From positions 122,028 to 186,027 of the forward strand of contig CALGSZ010000105.1 in assembly GCA_937901745.1 (NCBI GenBank): a stretch of 64,000 nucleotides of DNA, given 5' to 3'. Below the pieces are notes generated by a model. It saw nothing but the letters and a program-made list of their open reading frames with translations, had not been told where the DNA came from and did no database searches. This DNA comes from an uncultured Chloroflexota bacterium (GTDB lineage: Bacteria > Chloroflexota > Chloroflexia > Thermomicrobiales > UBA6265). Shown one piece after another: positions 56,573-64,000 of this stretch; position 1 is the first letter of the stretch; every line of letters begins with the position of its first letter. The translations under genes and the position numbers were made by a program.

Positions 56573-57460
56573 TCATACGCCGCTCGTTGGCTGGGCGTGG
56601 GGACGCGGCGCCGGTCGACTGGCCGACTCCTTCGCGTCCTCCTTTGCCGCCCAGCGGAAGAAGAGAACCGAGATGACGGCCAAATAGACGACGCTGCCGC
56701 CGACCCACATCAAGACGCCCGCGGCCTCCTGATCTGCGGCAACACTGATTCCCCAGAGGCGTGGCGCTGTTACGTAGTAGTGATACACCCCCGGCTCCGC
56801 GAAGGCAATGAATGCGCCGATGATGCCACTAGGGACGCTCATCAGGAAAATGTACAGACATTGCAGCGGAAGTGACAGACGCGACCATGCCGGCACCGGC
56901 GCCGCGACCGGCCACCAAGACAGGATCGCCGCTACGAGGAACGAGGCGTGTTGCGCGACGTGCACCGGCTCGTAGCGGAGCGCCACGTCGTATGGCCCTG
57001 GGAGATGCCAAATCGTGATGATCAGATTGGCCACGAAGAAGACCGATACGGGGTGGGTGACGGCGGCGCCAATTCGATTGAGCAGCGGCCGCTGCGCCAG
57101 CGGCTCGAAGACCCAGCGCGGCGTCCCGCTCAGCCACAGCGGGCCGGTCACGAACATCAACAGCATGTGCTGCAGCATGTGGGCGGACAGGAGATAGCTG
57201 TCCGCCCAATCATCCAGCGGCGGTCCAAGCGCGATCAGGAAGACGATCGTTCCGGTGACGAACGCGACGCGCTGGCCTGTCGTGACCGGCTTCGCCGGAT
57301 TGTTGACATTACGGTTGCGCGGCCCCGTCCAATAGAAATATCCGGTGAGCAGCGCTACCGCCGCCAGGACGACCGTTGGGTCGATGAACCAGTCGCTCGA
57401 GAGGAAGCCAGTTGGTGGCGTTTGTCCGGCGTGCAACACCGGAAGTAAGAGCGAGAGCAT
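56573..57460 (-). CDS. ctaG: Cytochrome c oxidase assembly factor CtaG (caa3/Bacillus type)
   Basis: 295-aa multi-TM ORF. LLSAHMLQHMLLMFVTGPLWL and HVAQHASFLVAAILSWWP are typical of the caa3_CtaG family. It lies downstream of ctaF. Confidence 0.8.
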   Translation of the reverse strand: MLSLLLPVLHAGQTPPTGFLSSDWFIDPTVVLAAVALLTGYFYWTGPRNRNVNNPAKPVTTGQRVAFVTGTIVFLIALGPPLDDWADSYLLSAHMLQHMLLMFVTGPLWLSGTPRWVFEPLAQRPLLNRIGAAVTHPVSVFFVANLIITIWHLPGPYDVALRYEPVHVAQHASFLVAAILSWWPVAAPVPAWSRLSLPLQCLYIFLMSVPSGIIGAFIAFAEPGVYHYYVTAPRLWGISVAADQEAAGVLMWVGGSVVYLAVISVLFFRWAAKEDAKESASRPAPRPHAQPTSGV

Positions 57461-57520
57461 CGGGCATCCTCACGAGTGGCGCCGGAGGGCGGCGAGTCAG
57501 TGACGCGCTTGGCGATGGGC

Positions 57521-57913
57521 CTACTCGCCGCCTGTCAGCAACCGCAGAGCATAGTCGATCGGATGAACGTCCATGAGGATCTTCAGACTGATGACGATGG
57601 CGAGGGAGATAACGAGGCCGACGGCGAAGATCCACGTCAGCCGACGGTCATCGAATTTCAAGTGCATGAAGTACCCGACGACCGTTACGAACTTCGCCGC
57701 GGACAGGACGATCAGCGTCGGCACGAGGACGCCGGAATCCGCCATCCATTCGATGTAGTAGGTCGCAACCTCGACGATCGTGATGATCGCCAAGATGATG
57801 GCGATATTGATGTAGGTTCGCTGACCGGGATGCCCGGGCAGATGCTCGCCGGCGGCCGACCCTGGATGTCCACCATGCCCGCCGTGTGTTGCGACTGAGG
57901 CTCTGTGAGCCAT
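57521..57913 (-). CDS. ctaF: Cytochrome c oxidase subunit IV (prokaryotic CtaF/CoxIV type)
   Basis: Small hydrophobic ORF. YINIAIILAIITIVEVATYY and KFVTVVGYFMHLKFD. Its position after ctaE fits. The His/Gly-rich N-terminus leaves the start uncertain. Confidence 0.8.
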   Translation of the reverse strand: MAHRASVATHGGHGGHPGSAAGEHLPGHPGQRTYINIAIILAIITIVEVATYYIEWMADSGVLVPTLIVLSAAKFVTVVGYFMHLKFDDRRLTWIFAVGLVISLAIVISLKILMDVHPIDYALRLLTGGE

Positions 57914-57954
57914 CTCGATGCCCCCTTACCTCGCTCCGTCCGGCCGGACGCCGG

Positions 57955-58683
57955 CTAGCTCAGCCCAAGCAGGCGCGCGGCGTGTTCCGCGCCCTCCGAG
58001 ATCGTCGAGATATCGTCGTCGTACGGGATCAGGTAGACGAGCGTGAAGATGACGATCCAGACGATATCGACGAAGTGCCAATAGAGTCCGATGATCTCGA
58101 CGTTGATCGCCTGTTCCTGCCGCAACCCGCCGCGCAGCGACACCCACAACAGCGACAGGAGCATGATGACTCCGATTGTCACGTGCGCGCCGTGGAAGCC
58201 GGTCAGCGTATAGAAGGACGTGCCGAACATGTTGGTCGTCAGCCCGAGCCCGTCCTCCTTGTAGAAGCTCGTGAACTCGAAGTACTGACCGCCGAGGAAG
58301 ATCGAGCCCAGCGTGGCCGTCGCGAACAGCCAGATCCGAGTGCCGCGAACGTCACCCCGTTGCACCGCCGCCAGCGCGAGCACCATCGTCAGCGAACTCA
58401 TCAGCAGGACGAACGCGCTGACCGACGTGTACGGAATGTCGAGCACCTCGTGCGGCAGCGGACCTGATCCCTGACCAGCCGCGACCAGCTCCTCGGCCCG
58501 CCCCCGGTAGATTAGGTACGTCGCGATCAGCGAGCCGAAGAACATGCAGTCGGAGGCCAGGAAGCCCCACATTAGGAGCTTGCGGTGGTCAATGCCCGTA
58601 CTGGTCGGCGGGTGCGGGGAGTGCTCGGCTCCCCCGCCGTGCCCACCCCCGTGGGCTTCAGCTGTGGCGACCGCGGTTGACAA
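57955..58683 (-). CDS. ctaE: Cytochrome c oxidase subunit III
   Basis: 242-aa ORF with HGAHVTIGVIMLL and YWHFVDIVWIVIF signatures. Confidence 0.9.
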   Translation of the reverse strand: MSTAVATAEAHGGGHGGGAEHSPHPPTSTGIDHRKLLMWGFLASDCMFFGSLIATYLIYRGRAEELVAAGQGSGPLPHEVLDIPYTSVSAFVLLMSSLTMVLALAAVQRGDVRGTRIWLFATATLGSIFLGGQYFEFTSFYKEDGLGLTTNMFGTSFYTLTGFHGAHVTIGVIMLLSLLWVSLRGGLRQEQAINVEIIGLYWHFVDIVWIVIFTLVYLIPYDDDISTISEGAEHAARLLGLS

Positions 58684-58752
58684 CTCCTGTTCCCTCCCGT
58701 GTTTGCACCCGTCCGCGCGTTACGGAGCGGTTGGCGCCGATCATCGGACGCA

Positions 58753-60714
58753 TCAACCAGCCGGCTCGAATGCCCAGCCGTAGCAGCCGAGCAGCGTAAT
58801 GGCCACGCCAATCGGAACCAAGATCGGCAAGTGCAGCAGGCCAATCGTCAGGACCGGGTTATCGATCAGGAGGCCCATCGCGGCGACGAACAACCCGATC
58901 GAGACAATCAGCGGATAGTACGACGGGTTCGGCATGTGGATGTGCTCCACATCTTCCTTGGTCGGCGAGACCACGGCGGTCCGCCGCATCGCCTGAGCCT
59001 CCGGCGCCTCATCCGGAGCGTGGACGCTACCCATCCGCCGGCCAGCGACCTCGATCGCGACCTCTTCCTCCTGAGCGTGGTCCTCATGCCCGCCGTACTT
59101 CTCCCACCAGAGCGGATCGCGGTGAGAGATCACCGGAATGCGAGCGAAGTTGTACGGCGGTGGCGGAGAGGACGTGGCCCACTCCAGCGTCGCGGCATCC
59201 CACGGATTGTCCGGCGCCTGCTCGCCGTGCCGCAGGCTTTTCCAGACGTTGTACATGAAGACTAGGATCGAGAACCCGAGCACGAACGCGCCGATCGTCG
59301 AGACGAGGTTCCACGCGGTCCAGCCGCTCTCCTCACCGTAGGTGTAGTAGCGGCGCGGCATGCCGGCCAGGCCGAGGAAGTGCATCGGGAAGAACGTCAT
59401 GTTGAAGCCGATGAAGGTCAACCAGAAGTTCCACTTGCCCAGCCGGTCATCGAGCATCTTCCCGAAGATCTTCGGGAACCAGTAGTACATCGCCGCCAGC
59501 AGGCCGAACATGCTGCCACCGAAGAGCACGTAGTGGAAGTGGGCGACGACGAAGTAGGAGTCGTTGTGATGCGTGTTGACCGGCGCGGAAGAGTGCATCA
59601 CGCCAGAGATACCGCCGATCGTGAACTGCGAGATGAGTCCGACGGCGAAGAGCATCGGCGTCGTGAATTTCAGTGAGCCGCGGAACATCGTCCCGAGCCA
59701 GTTGAAGATCTTCACGCCGGTCGGGATCGCGATCAGCATCGTGGCGCCCGCGAAGATCGAGTTCGCGGTCGGGCCAAGACCGGTCGTGAACATGTGGTGG
59801 GCCCAGACGCCGAATCCGAGGAACGCGATCGCCCCGAGCGCGTAGACCATCACGGCGTAGCCGAACAGCGGCTTGCGCGAGAAGACCGGTACGATCTCCG
59901 AGACGATGCCGAACGCCGGCAAGATCAGGATGTACACCTCGGGATGGCCGAAGACCCAGAACAGGTGCTGCCAGAGGAGCGGGTCACCACCAGCGGCAAC
60001 CTCATAGAACCCCGTGCCGGCGTAGCGGTCGAAGGAAAGTAGGATCAGCGCGACGGTCACCGCCGGGAAGGCCATGACGATCAGGATCGAGACGATCAGC
60101 GTAGCCCAGCTGAAGACCGGCACCCGCATCATCGTCACGCCTGGCGCGCGCATGTTGAAGATGGTGACGATGAAGTTGAGAGACGACGCCATCGAGGAGA
60201 CACCGAGCACCTGCAGGCCGATCATCCAGAAGTCAACGGCGCGGGTCGGGTTCCAGGCGTTCTCGGTCAGCGGCGCATATCCGTACCAACCCTGGTTCGG
60301 CACGGTAGCGAAGAACCAGCTCAGATTGAGGATGATGGCGCCGGCGAGGAAGGTCCAGTAACTGAACGCATTGAGTCGCGGGAACGCGACGTCACGCGCT
60401 CCGATTTGGAGCGGCACGAGATAGTTGAAGAAGGCGGCGTTGAGCGGCATGACGACGAGGAAGATCATCGTCGTGCCGTGCATCGTGAAGAGCTCGTTGT
60501 AGGTCTGGGCGCCGACGAGATCGTTGTCCGGTACAGCGAGCTGGAGCCGGATCAACAGCGCCTCAAGACCACCGATGAGGAAGAAGAGAAACGCAGTCGT
60601 CCCGTAGAGGATGCCGATTCGCTTGTGGTCGACCGTCGTGAGCCAGCTCCACAGCCCTGTTGCTGGCGCGGCGACCGGCCGAGTCAGCGTTTGCGGCTGC
60701 GCGATGGTTGCCAT
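58753..60714 (-). CDS. ctaD: Cytochrome c oxidase subunit I (long form with two extra C-terminal TM helices)
   Basis: 653-aa ORF. Motifs FWVFGHPEVYILILPAFG, WAHHMFTTG and HFHYVLFGG. The C-terminal extension ends in two hydrophobic helices. Confidence 0.95.
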   Translation of the reverse strand: MATIAQPQTLTRPVAAPATGLWSWLTTVDHKRIGILYGTTAFLFFLIGGLEALLIRLQLAVPDNDLVGAQTYNELFTMHGTTMIFLVVMPLNAAFFNYLVPLQIGARDVAFPRLNAFSYWTFLAGAIILNLSWFFATVPNQGWYGYAPLTENAWNPTRAVDFWMIGLQVLGVSSMASSLNFIVTIFNMRAPGVTMMRVPVFSWATLIVSILIVMAFPAVTVALILLSFDRYAGTGFYEVAAGGDPLLWQHLFWVFGHPEVYILILPAFGIVSEIVPVFSRKPLFGYAVMVYALGAIAFLGFGVWAHHMFTTGLGPTANSIFAGATMLIAIPTGVKIFNWLGTMFRGSLKFTTPMLFAVGLISQFTIGGISGVMHSSAPVNTHHNDSYFVVAHFHYVLFGGSMFGLLAAMYYWFPKIFGKMLDDRLGKWNFWLTFIGFNMTFFPMHFLGLAGMPRRYYTYGEESGWTAWNLVSTIGAFVLGFSILVFMYNVWKSLRHGEQAPDNPWDAATLEWATSSPPPPYNFARIPVISHRDPLWWEKYGGHEDHAQEEEVAIEVAGRRMGSVHAPDEAPEAQAMRRTAVVSPTKEDVEHIHMPNPSYYPLIVSIGLFVAAMGLLIDNPVLTIGLLHLPILVPIGVAITLLGCYGWAFEPAG

Positions 60715-60792
60715 CTCGATCTCCTGCCTTACGCTCCTGCGCGTCCGCGCATCCTCTCAGCCCCGAATACGATCGTCGTCATCATGCTCCCG

Positions 60793-62088
60793 TCACTCTC
60801 CCTCGGAAGCCGCACTCTCGGCCGGCTGGGCCGGCGGGATGTTGACATCGTCAGCAGTCGGCGGCTCCAAATCAGCATTCTCACCAGTCGGCTCCGGGCA
60901 GCCTCCATCCGGCTGCAGCGCTTGGAGGTAATTCACGAGCGTCTGAATCTGATCCTCGGTCAGCGTGCCCGGCTTGATCGCCGTCGCCATGTGGTTGCCC
61001 GGCTTGATCGCGCCCGGGTCACGCAGCCAGCTGGCCAGGTTCTCCGGCGTGTTCCTCAGGAGACCGGCGCCAATCGTGGCCCGGCAGCCGAAGAGCGTCA
61101 GGTTCGGACCGGCGATCTTCGAAATGTCCGGGGTCTGCTCCAGACCAACCGCGGCCGTGTTGAACTGCGTGCCATTGATGCGGTGGCAGGCAGCGCAGAC
61201 GGCGAACGCATCCGGGGCCTGCGCGACATCACCCGTGCCGGCGGCATCAGCTGCCGCCTGGCTCGGGCCCGCCTTCCAGGCATTCACCCACGCGTCGAAC
61301 TGCTCCTGCGGCTGGACATGCACGATGAAGCGCATCCAGGCGTGGGAATCACCGCAGAACTCGGCACATTCGCCGTAGTAGACACCCGGCTTGTCAGCGG
61401 TGAAGCCCAGACGATTCACGTGTCCGGGAATGAGGTCCATCTTGCCACTGAGCTGTGGCACCCAGAAGGAGTGAATGACGTTATTGGAGTAGAGGCGGAA
61501 GACAACACGCTTCCCGGCCGGGATATAGATCTCGTTCGCGGTGATGATGCCGCCGACCTGATCCGAGGGCTCAGCGTAATGAACTTCCCACCACCACTGC
61601 TTGCCGTAGACGTCGATGACGTAGTCGGCGTCTGCTTCCTGAGCCTCGGCATCGAACTTGAACAGCGTCTGAACGGTCGGGATGAAGATCACCAGGAGCA
61701 CGATCGCCGGCAGAATCGTCCAGGCAATCTCGAGTGTCTTGTTGCCATGGACCTGCTCCGGCCGCTCTTCCTGCTCCGAGCGACGGCGGAACCGCAAGAC
61801 CGTGTAAACGAGACCCGCCTGGACACCGACGAAGACGACCAGCGCCATCCAGAAGATGAGCTTATAAAGGAATTGGATATCGCTGGCGACCTCGGTGCGA
61901 GGACTGATGGTCGAGTATGGGCTCTCCGCCCCGACCGCCCGCGGCAGAATTGCCGCTCCGGCCATCAGCAGCAACGACAGCAGCGTTCCCGCGCGCAGCA
62001 ACATGATGATGCGCCTGTGCCGCGCCCTCAGGTCATTGCCGCGGCGATCTCGCTCTACCATTCCGCCTCCCCGCCTCGTCACCCTCAA
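60793..62088 (-). CDS. ctaC: Cytochrome c oxidase subunit II with fused C-terminal cytochrome c (caa3 type)
   Basis: CuA site CAEFCGDSHAWM and heme-c site CAACH. Start is uncertain (the Met codon at 62088, 62061 or 62004). Confidence 0.9.
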   Translation of the reverse strand: MRVTRRGGGMVERDRRGNDLRARHRRIIMLLRAGTLLSLLLMAGAAILPRAVGAESPYSTISPRTEVASDIQFLYKLIFWMALVVFVGVQAGLVYTVLRFRRRSEQEERPEQVHGNKTLEIAWTILPAIVLLVIFIPTVQTLFKFDAEAQEADADYVIDVYGKQWWWEVHYAEPSDQVGGIITANEIYIPAGKRVVFRLYSNNVIHSFWVPQLSGKMDLIPGHVNRLGFTADKPGVYYGECAEFCGDSHAWMRFIVHVQPQEQFDAWVNAWKAGPSQAAADAAGTGDVAQAPDAFAVCAACHRINGTQFNTAAVGLEQTPDISKIAGPNLTLFGCRATIGAGLLRNTPENLASWLRDPGAIKPGNHMATAIKPGTLTEDQIQTLVNYLQALQPDGGCPEPTGENADLEPPTADDVNIPPAQPAESAASEGE

Positions 62089-62351
62089 CTCTGGACGCTA
62101 TGGTCGCCGAGGTGAAACTGACTCCGCCCACGGAAACCGCCTCAATCAATGCGAGAAACCACAAGCCGAAGCATGCGCCGCAGTCTTCGTGCCAGAATCT
62201 CGTTTGCGTGGGTCGTGTTTCCGCGTGCTCTGGATCAGCGCCGCTGCCGTCGCATCAGGCCGGCGCACAGTGGGGCCGCACCCCGGCGTCGCCCCGGCTG
62301 CTTGCGAGCATCGTACACCCAACGGCGGGCAGGCGGTCAAGACCTTGGTAC

Positions 62352-62369
62352 CTGGAATCGGCATTCCAG
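62352..62369. promoter_or_regulatory. Perfect dyad CTGGAAT-N4-ATTCCAG upstream of the cta operon
   Basis: Read directly from the sequence. It lies about 265 nt upstream of the longest ctaC start, within a 520-bp gap with no convincing ORF. Confidence 0.3.
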
Positions 62370-62612
62370 CACGATGCAGCACGACCAAGCCTCATCGCGC
62401 TCATTTGGTCGCTTCGCCGCTTCGCGGGCGCCCGAACGTGCGGGTGGTATACTTTGGAATCAGTGCGACGAGTGTATGGTGCGCGCCGTCCGCCGGTGGC
62501 GGGCTAATCGGTGATTCCCCGTGGCGACGCGCACATATCTGCGCAGACCGCCGCCGTCGCAATGCCTCCACACCATCCGGCGAACCGGCGCAGTGCCAGG
62601 AGTCCGTCGGTG

Positions 62613-62852
62613 ATGCCTCGCCATCAGGAACAATCAGTCGTGCGGTACGCGGCCATTTTCTGCATCGCGATCGGCGCGGTCATCATGGTAGTGGCCATTT
62701 TTGCCGATTCGATCGGCATCAGTGGCGGCGGTAGAGGTTTCGGTTGGAAGCAGCTGATTGCCGCTATCGTCGGCTTGGTCGTGCTGCTGATCGGCCTCGC
62801 CTGGCTCCTGCGGCCGCTCGCGCATCTCCCCGCCGAAGAGACCGAAGAATAA
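62613..62852 (+). CDS. Hypothetical small membrane protein (2 TM)
   Basis: 79 aa from ATG-62613 (AGGAG 12 nt upstream). Hydrophobic segments YAAIFCIAIGAVIMVVAIF and LIAAIVGLVVLLIGLAWLL. Confidence 0.45.
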   Translation: MPRHQEQSVVRYAAIFCIAIGAVIMVVAIFADSIGISGGGRGFGWKQLIAAIVGLVVLLIGLAWLLRPLAHLPAEETEE

Positions 62853-62980
62853 AGCGGCATCTTGCGATAGCAGCCTGCCCTCGCGCATGCTTGGGTGAGT
62901 ATTCGACCCGGCCGCGCCCGGCTGGCGCTATGGCGTGTGCCGAAGCAGCATCATGCAGCCAACGATGAAGGACGGACGAC

Positions 62981-64000
62981 ATGAGTGAAAAGGCGGGCGG
63001 ACCCAGCGGGGATGGGATCGTCGTAATGGAAGCGCAGCTCGCGCGCGAGGCAATCGCCGCGGCGCTGGCGGACGCCGGCCTCGCCCCACCTCCGCGCGGC
63101 ATCGATCTCCGCCCGATTCCCTTTGAAGGCTCCTGGGGCGTCGCCAGCTCGGTTTGCCACGCGATCGCGGGCGATCTCGTCCAGCGCGAGCTCGAGGCGA
63201 GCGGCGAGCTACAACAGCTCTCTAAGAAGGAAGCGAAGCAACGGGCGAGCGAGGCGGCGCGCAAACGCGCACAGGAGCTGGCCGAGGCGATCGCGACCAA
63301 GGTCAAGTCGACGAACGGCTTCGCTCGCGTCGAAGCGGTCAACGGCTACGTCAATCTCTACTTCGACGCCAACGCCGTCGCCTCTCGCCTCATCGGCGAG
63401 GTCATCAAGCTCGGACCGGATTTCGGCAAGGGAGCGCCGAAGACCGAGCGCGTGATGGTCGAGCACTCCCAGCCGAACACGCACAAAGTCTTCCACGTCG
63501 GCCACCTGCGAAATTCCTGCCTCGGCATCGCCGTCAGCAACATCCTAGCCGCCGCCGGTTATCCCGTTCTGCAGGCGACCTACCCCGGCGACATCGGGAT
63601 GCACGTCATCAAATGCCTCTGGTGCTACGAGCGCTTCCACAAGGGGCAGGAGCCAGCCGATCCGTCCCTGCGCGGCCGCTGGCTCGGTCAGATCTACTCC
63701 GAGTCGGACGCGCGGCTCGAGTATCGGAAGGACGTGCTCTCCTTCCTACATCTCTTGTCTAAGGAAGATCAGGGGTTCGTCGCGGGGATCGACCGCCTGC
63801 TCAAGTACCTCTGGCGCAAGAATGAGCAGGGCGAGGTGGTCGAGGGCGAGGACATCGCCTATCTCCTGGGCCGCATCACGCATGGCCAGGAGATCAAGGA
63901 GGACCAGCTGCGACGCGATGACGTAATCGTCAAGTTCTGGCCGATCGTCGGCGATTACCTGCGGGACGCTGCTCTCAATCCGAAGCCGCACGTCCCGGCC
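62981..64000 (+). CDS. argS: Arginyl-tRNA synthetase, 5' partial (runs off the window)
   Basis: My own translation from ATG-62981 has no stop through 64000. The class I HIGH region SQPNTHKVFHVGHLRNSCLG, followed by YPGDIGMH, resembles the ArgS pattern (PN..K.FHVGHLR...G...Y.GD.G). It is missing from the supplied track because the ORF is open-ended. Confidence 0.75.
   Translation, partial: MSEKAGGPSGDGIVVMEAQLAREAIAAALADAGLAPPPRGIDLRPIPFEGSWGVASSVCHAIAGDLVQRELEASGELQQLSKKEAKQRASEAARKRAQELAEAIATKVKSTNGFARVEAVNGYVNLYFDANAVASRLIGEVIKLGPDFGKGAPKTERVMVEHSQPNTHKVFHVGHLRNSCLGIAVSNILAAAGYPVLQATYPGDIGMHVIKCLWCYERFHKGQEPADPSLRGRWLGQIYSESDARLEYRKDVLSFLHLLSKEDQGFVAGIDRLLKYLWRKNEQGEVVEGEDIAYLLGRITHGQEIKEDQLRRDDVIVKFWPIVGDYLRDAALNPKPHVPA

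Noticed and set aside
60406-62115. 569-aa plus-strand ORF
   Set aside because: It is antisense to ctaD and ctaC, both of which carry unmistakable oxidase signatures.

Overview
High-GC bacterial chromosomal segment, almost entirely coding, dominated by core metabolism and aerobic respiration rather than mobile DNA. All calls come from reading the ORF translations and hand-indexing the sequence; no database search or folding program was run.

I support about 58 protein genes:
- HOT-like Fe-alcohol dehydrogenase, an SDR, glgX, and hom...thrB-thrC.
- A fused accD-accA.
- An archease-rtcB pair with a co-directional phosphoribosyltransferase.
- A sortase.
- A sugar-acid cluster: two enolase-superfamily dehydratases, a lactonase and a DapA-like aldolase.
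- An NfeD-SPFH pair.
- A BMP-type and a ribose-type ABC transporter.
- moaC and sucA-sucB.
- A copper/thiol delivery operon: SCO1, PCuAC, TlpA, CcdA and two unknowns.
- A caa3-type cytochrome oxidase operon, ctaCDEF-ctaG.
- A partial argS at the right edge, which is absent from the supplied ORF track because it is open-ended.

I found no rRNA, tRNA, CRISPR array, transposase or integrase, and no obvious transcription-factor gene. Many long ORFs in the track are antisense shadow ORFs typical of high-GC DNA and are rejected.

Candidates most worth a second look:
1. An overlapping pair of a minimal PI3/4-kinase/HipA-like kinase and a DUF3037-like protein (51319-52507).
2. Two paralogous secreted proteins that fuse a Cu,Zn-SOD/CHRD-like domain to a type-1 cupredoxin (4975-5853 and 33756-34601).
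3. A tightly packed operon of mini-NnrS-like, stand-alone ScdA_N and NnrS-like genes (35353-37361).
4. Two uncharacterised members of the copper-delivery operon: a degenerate cupredoxin and a His-cluster protein.
5. An orphan fused SdhD-SdhC-like membrane cytochrome.

The gene content would fit a Thermomicrobia/Chloroflexota-like or similar high-GC aerobe, but this is only a guess.
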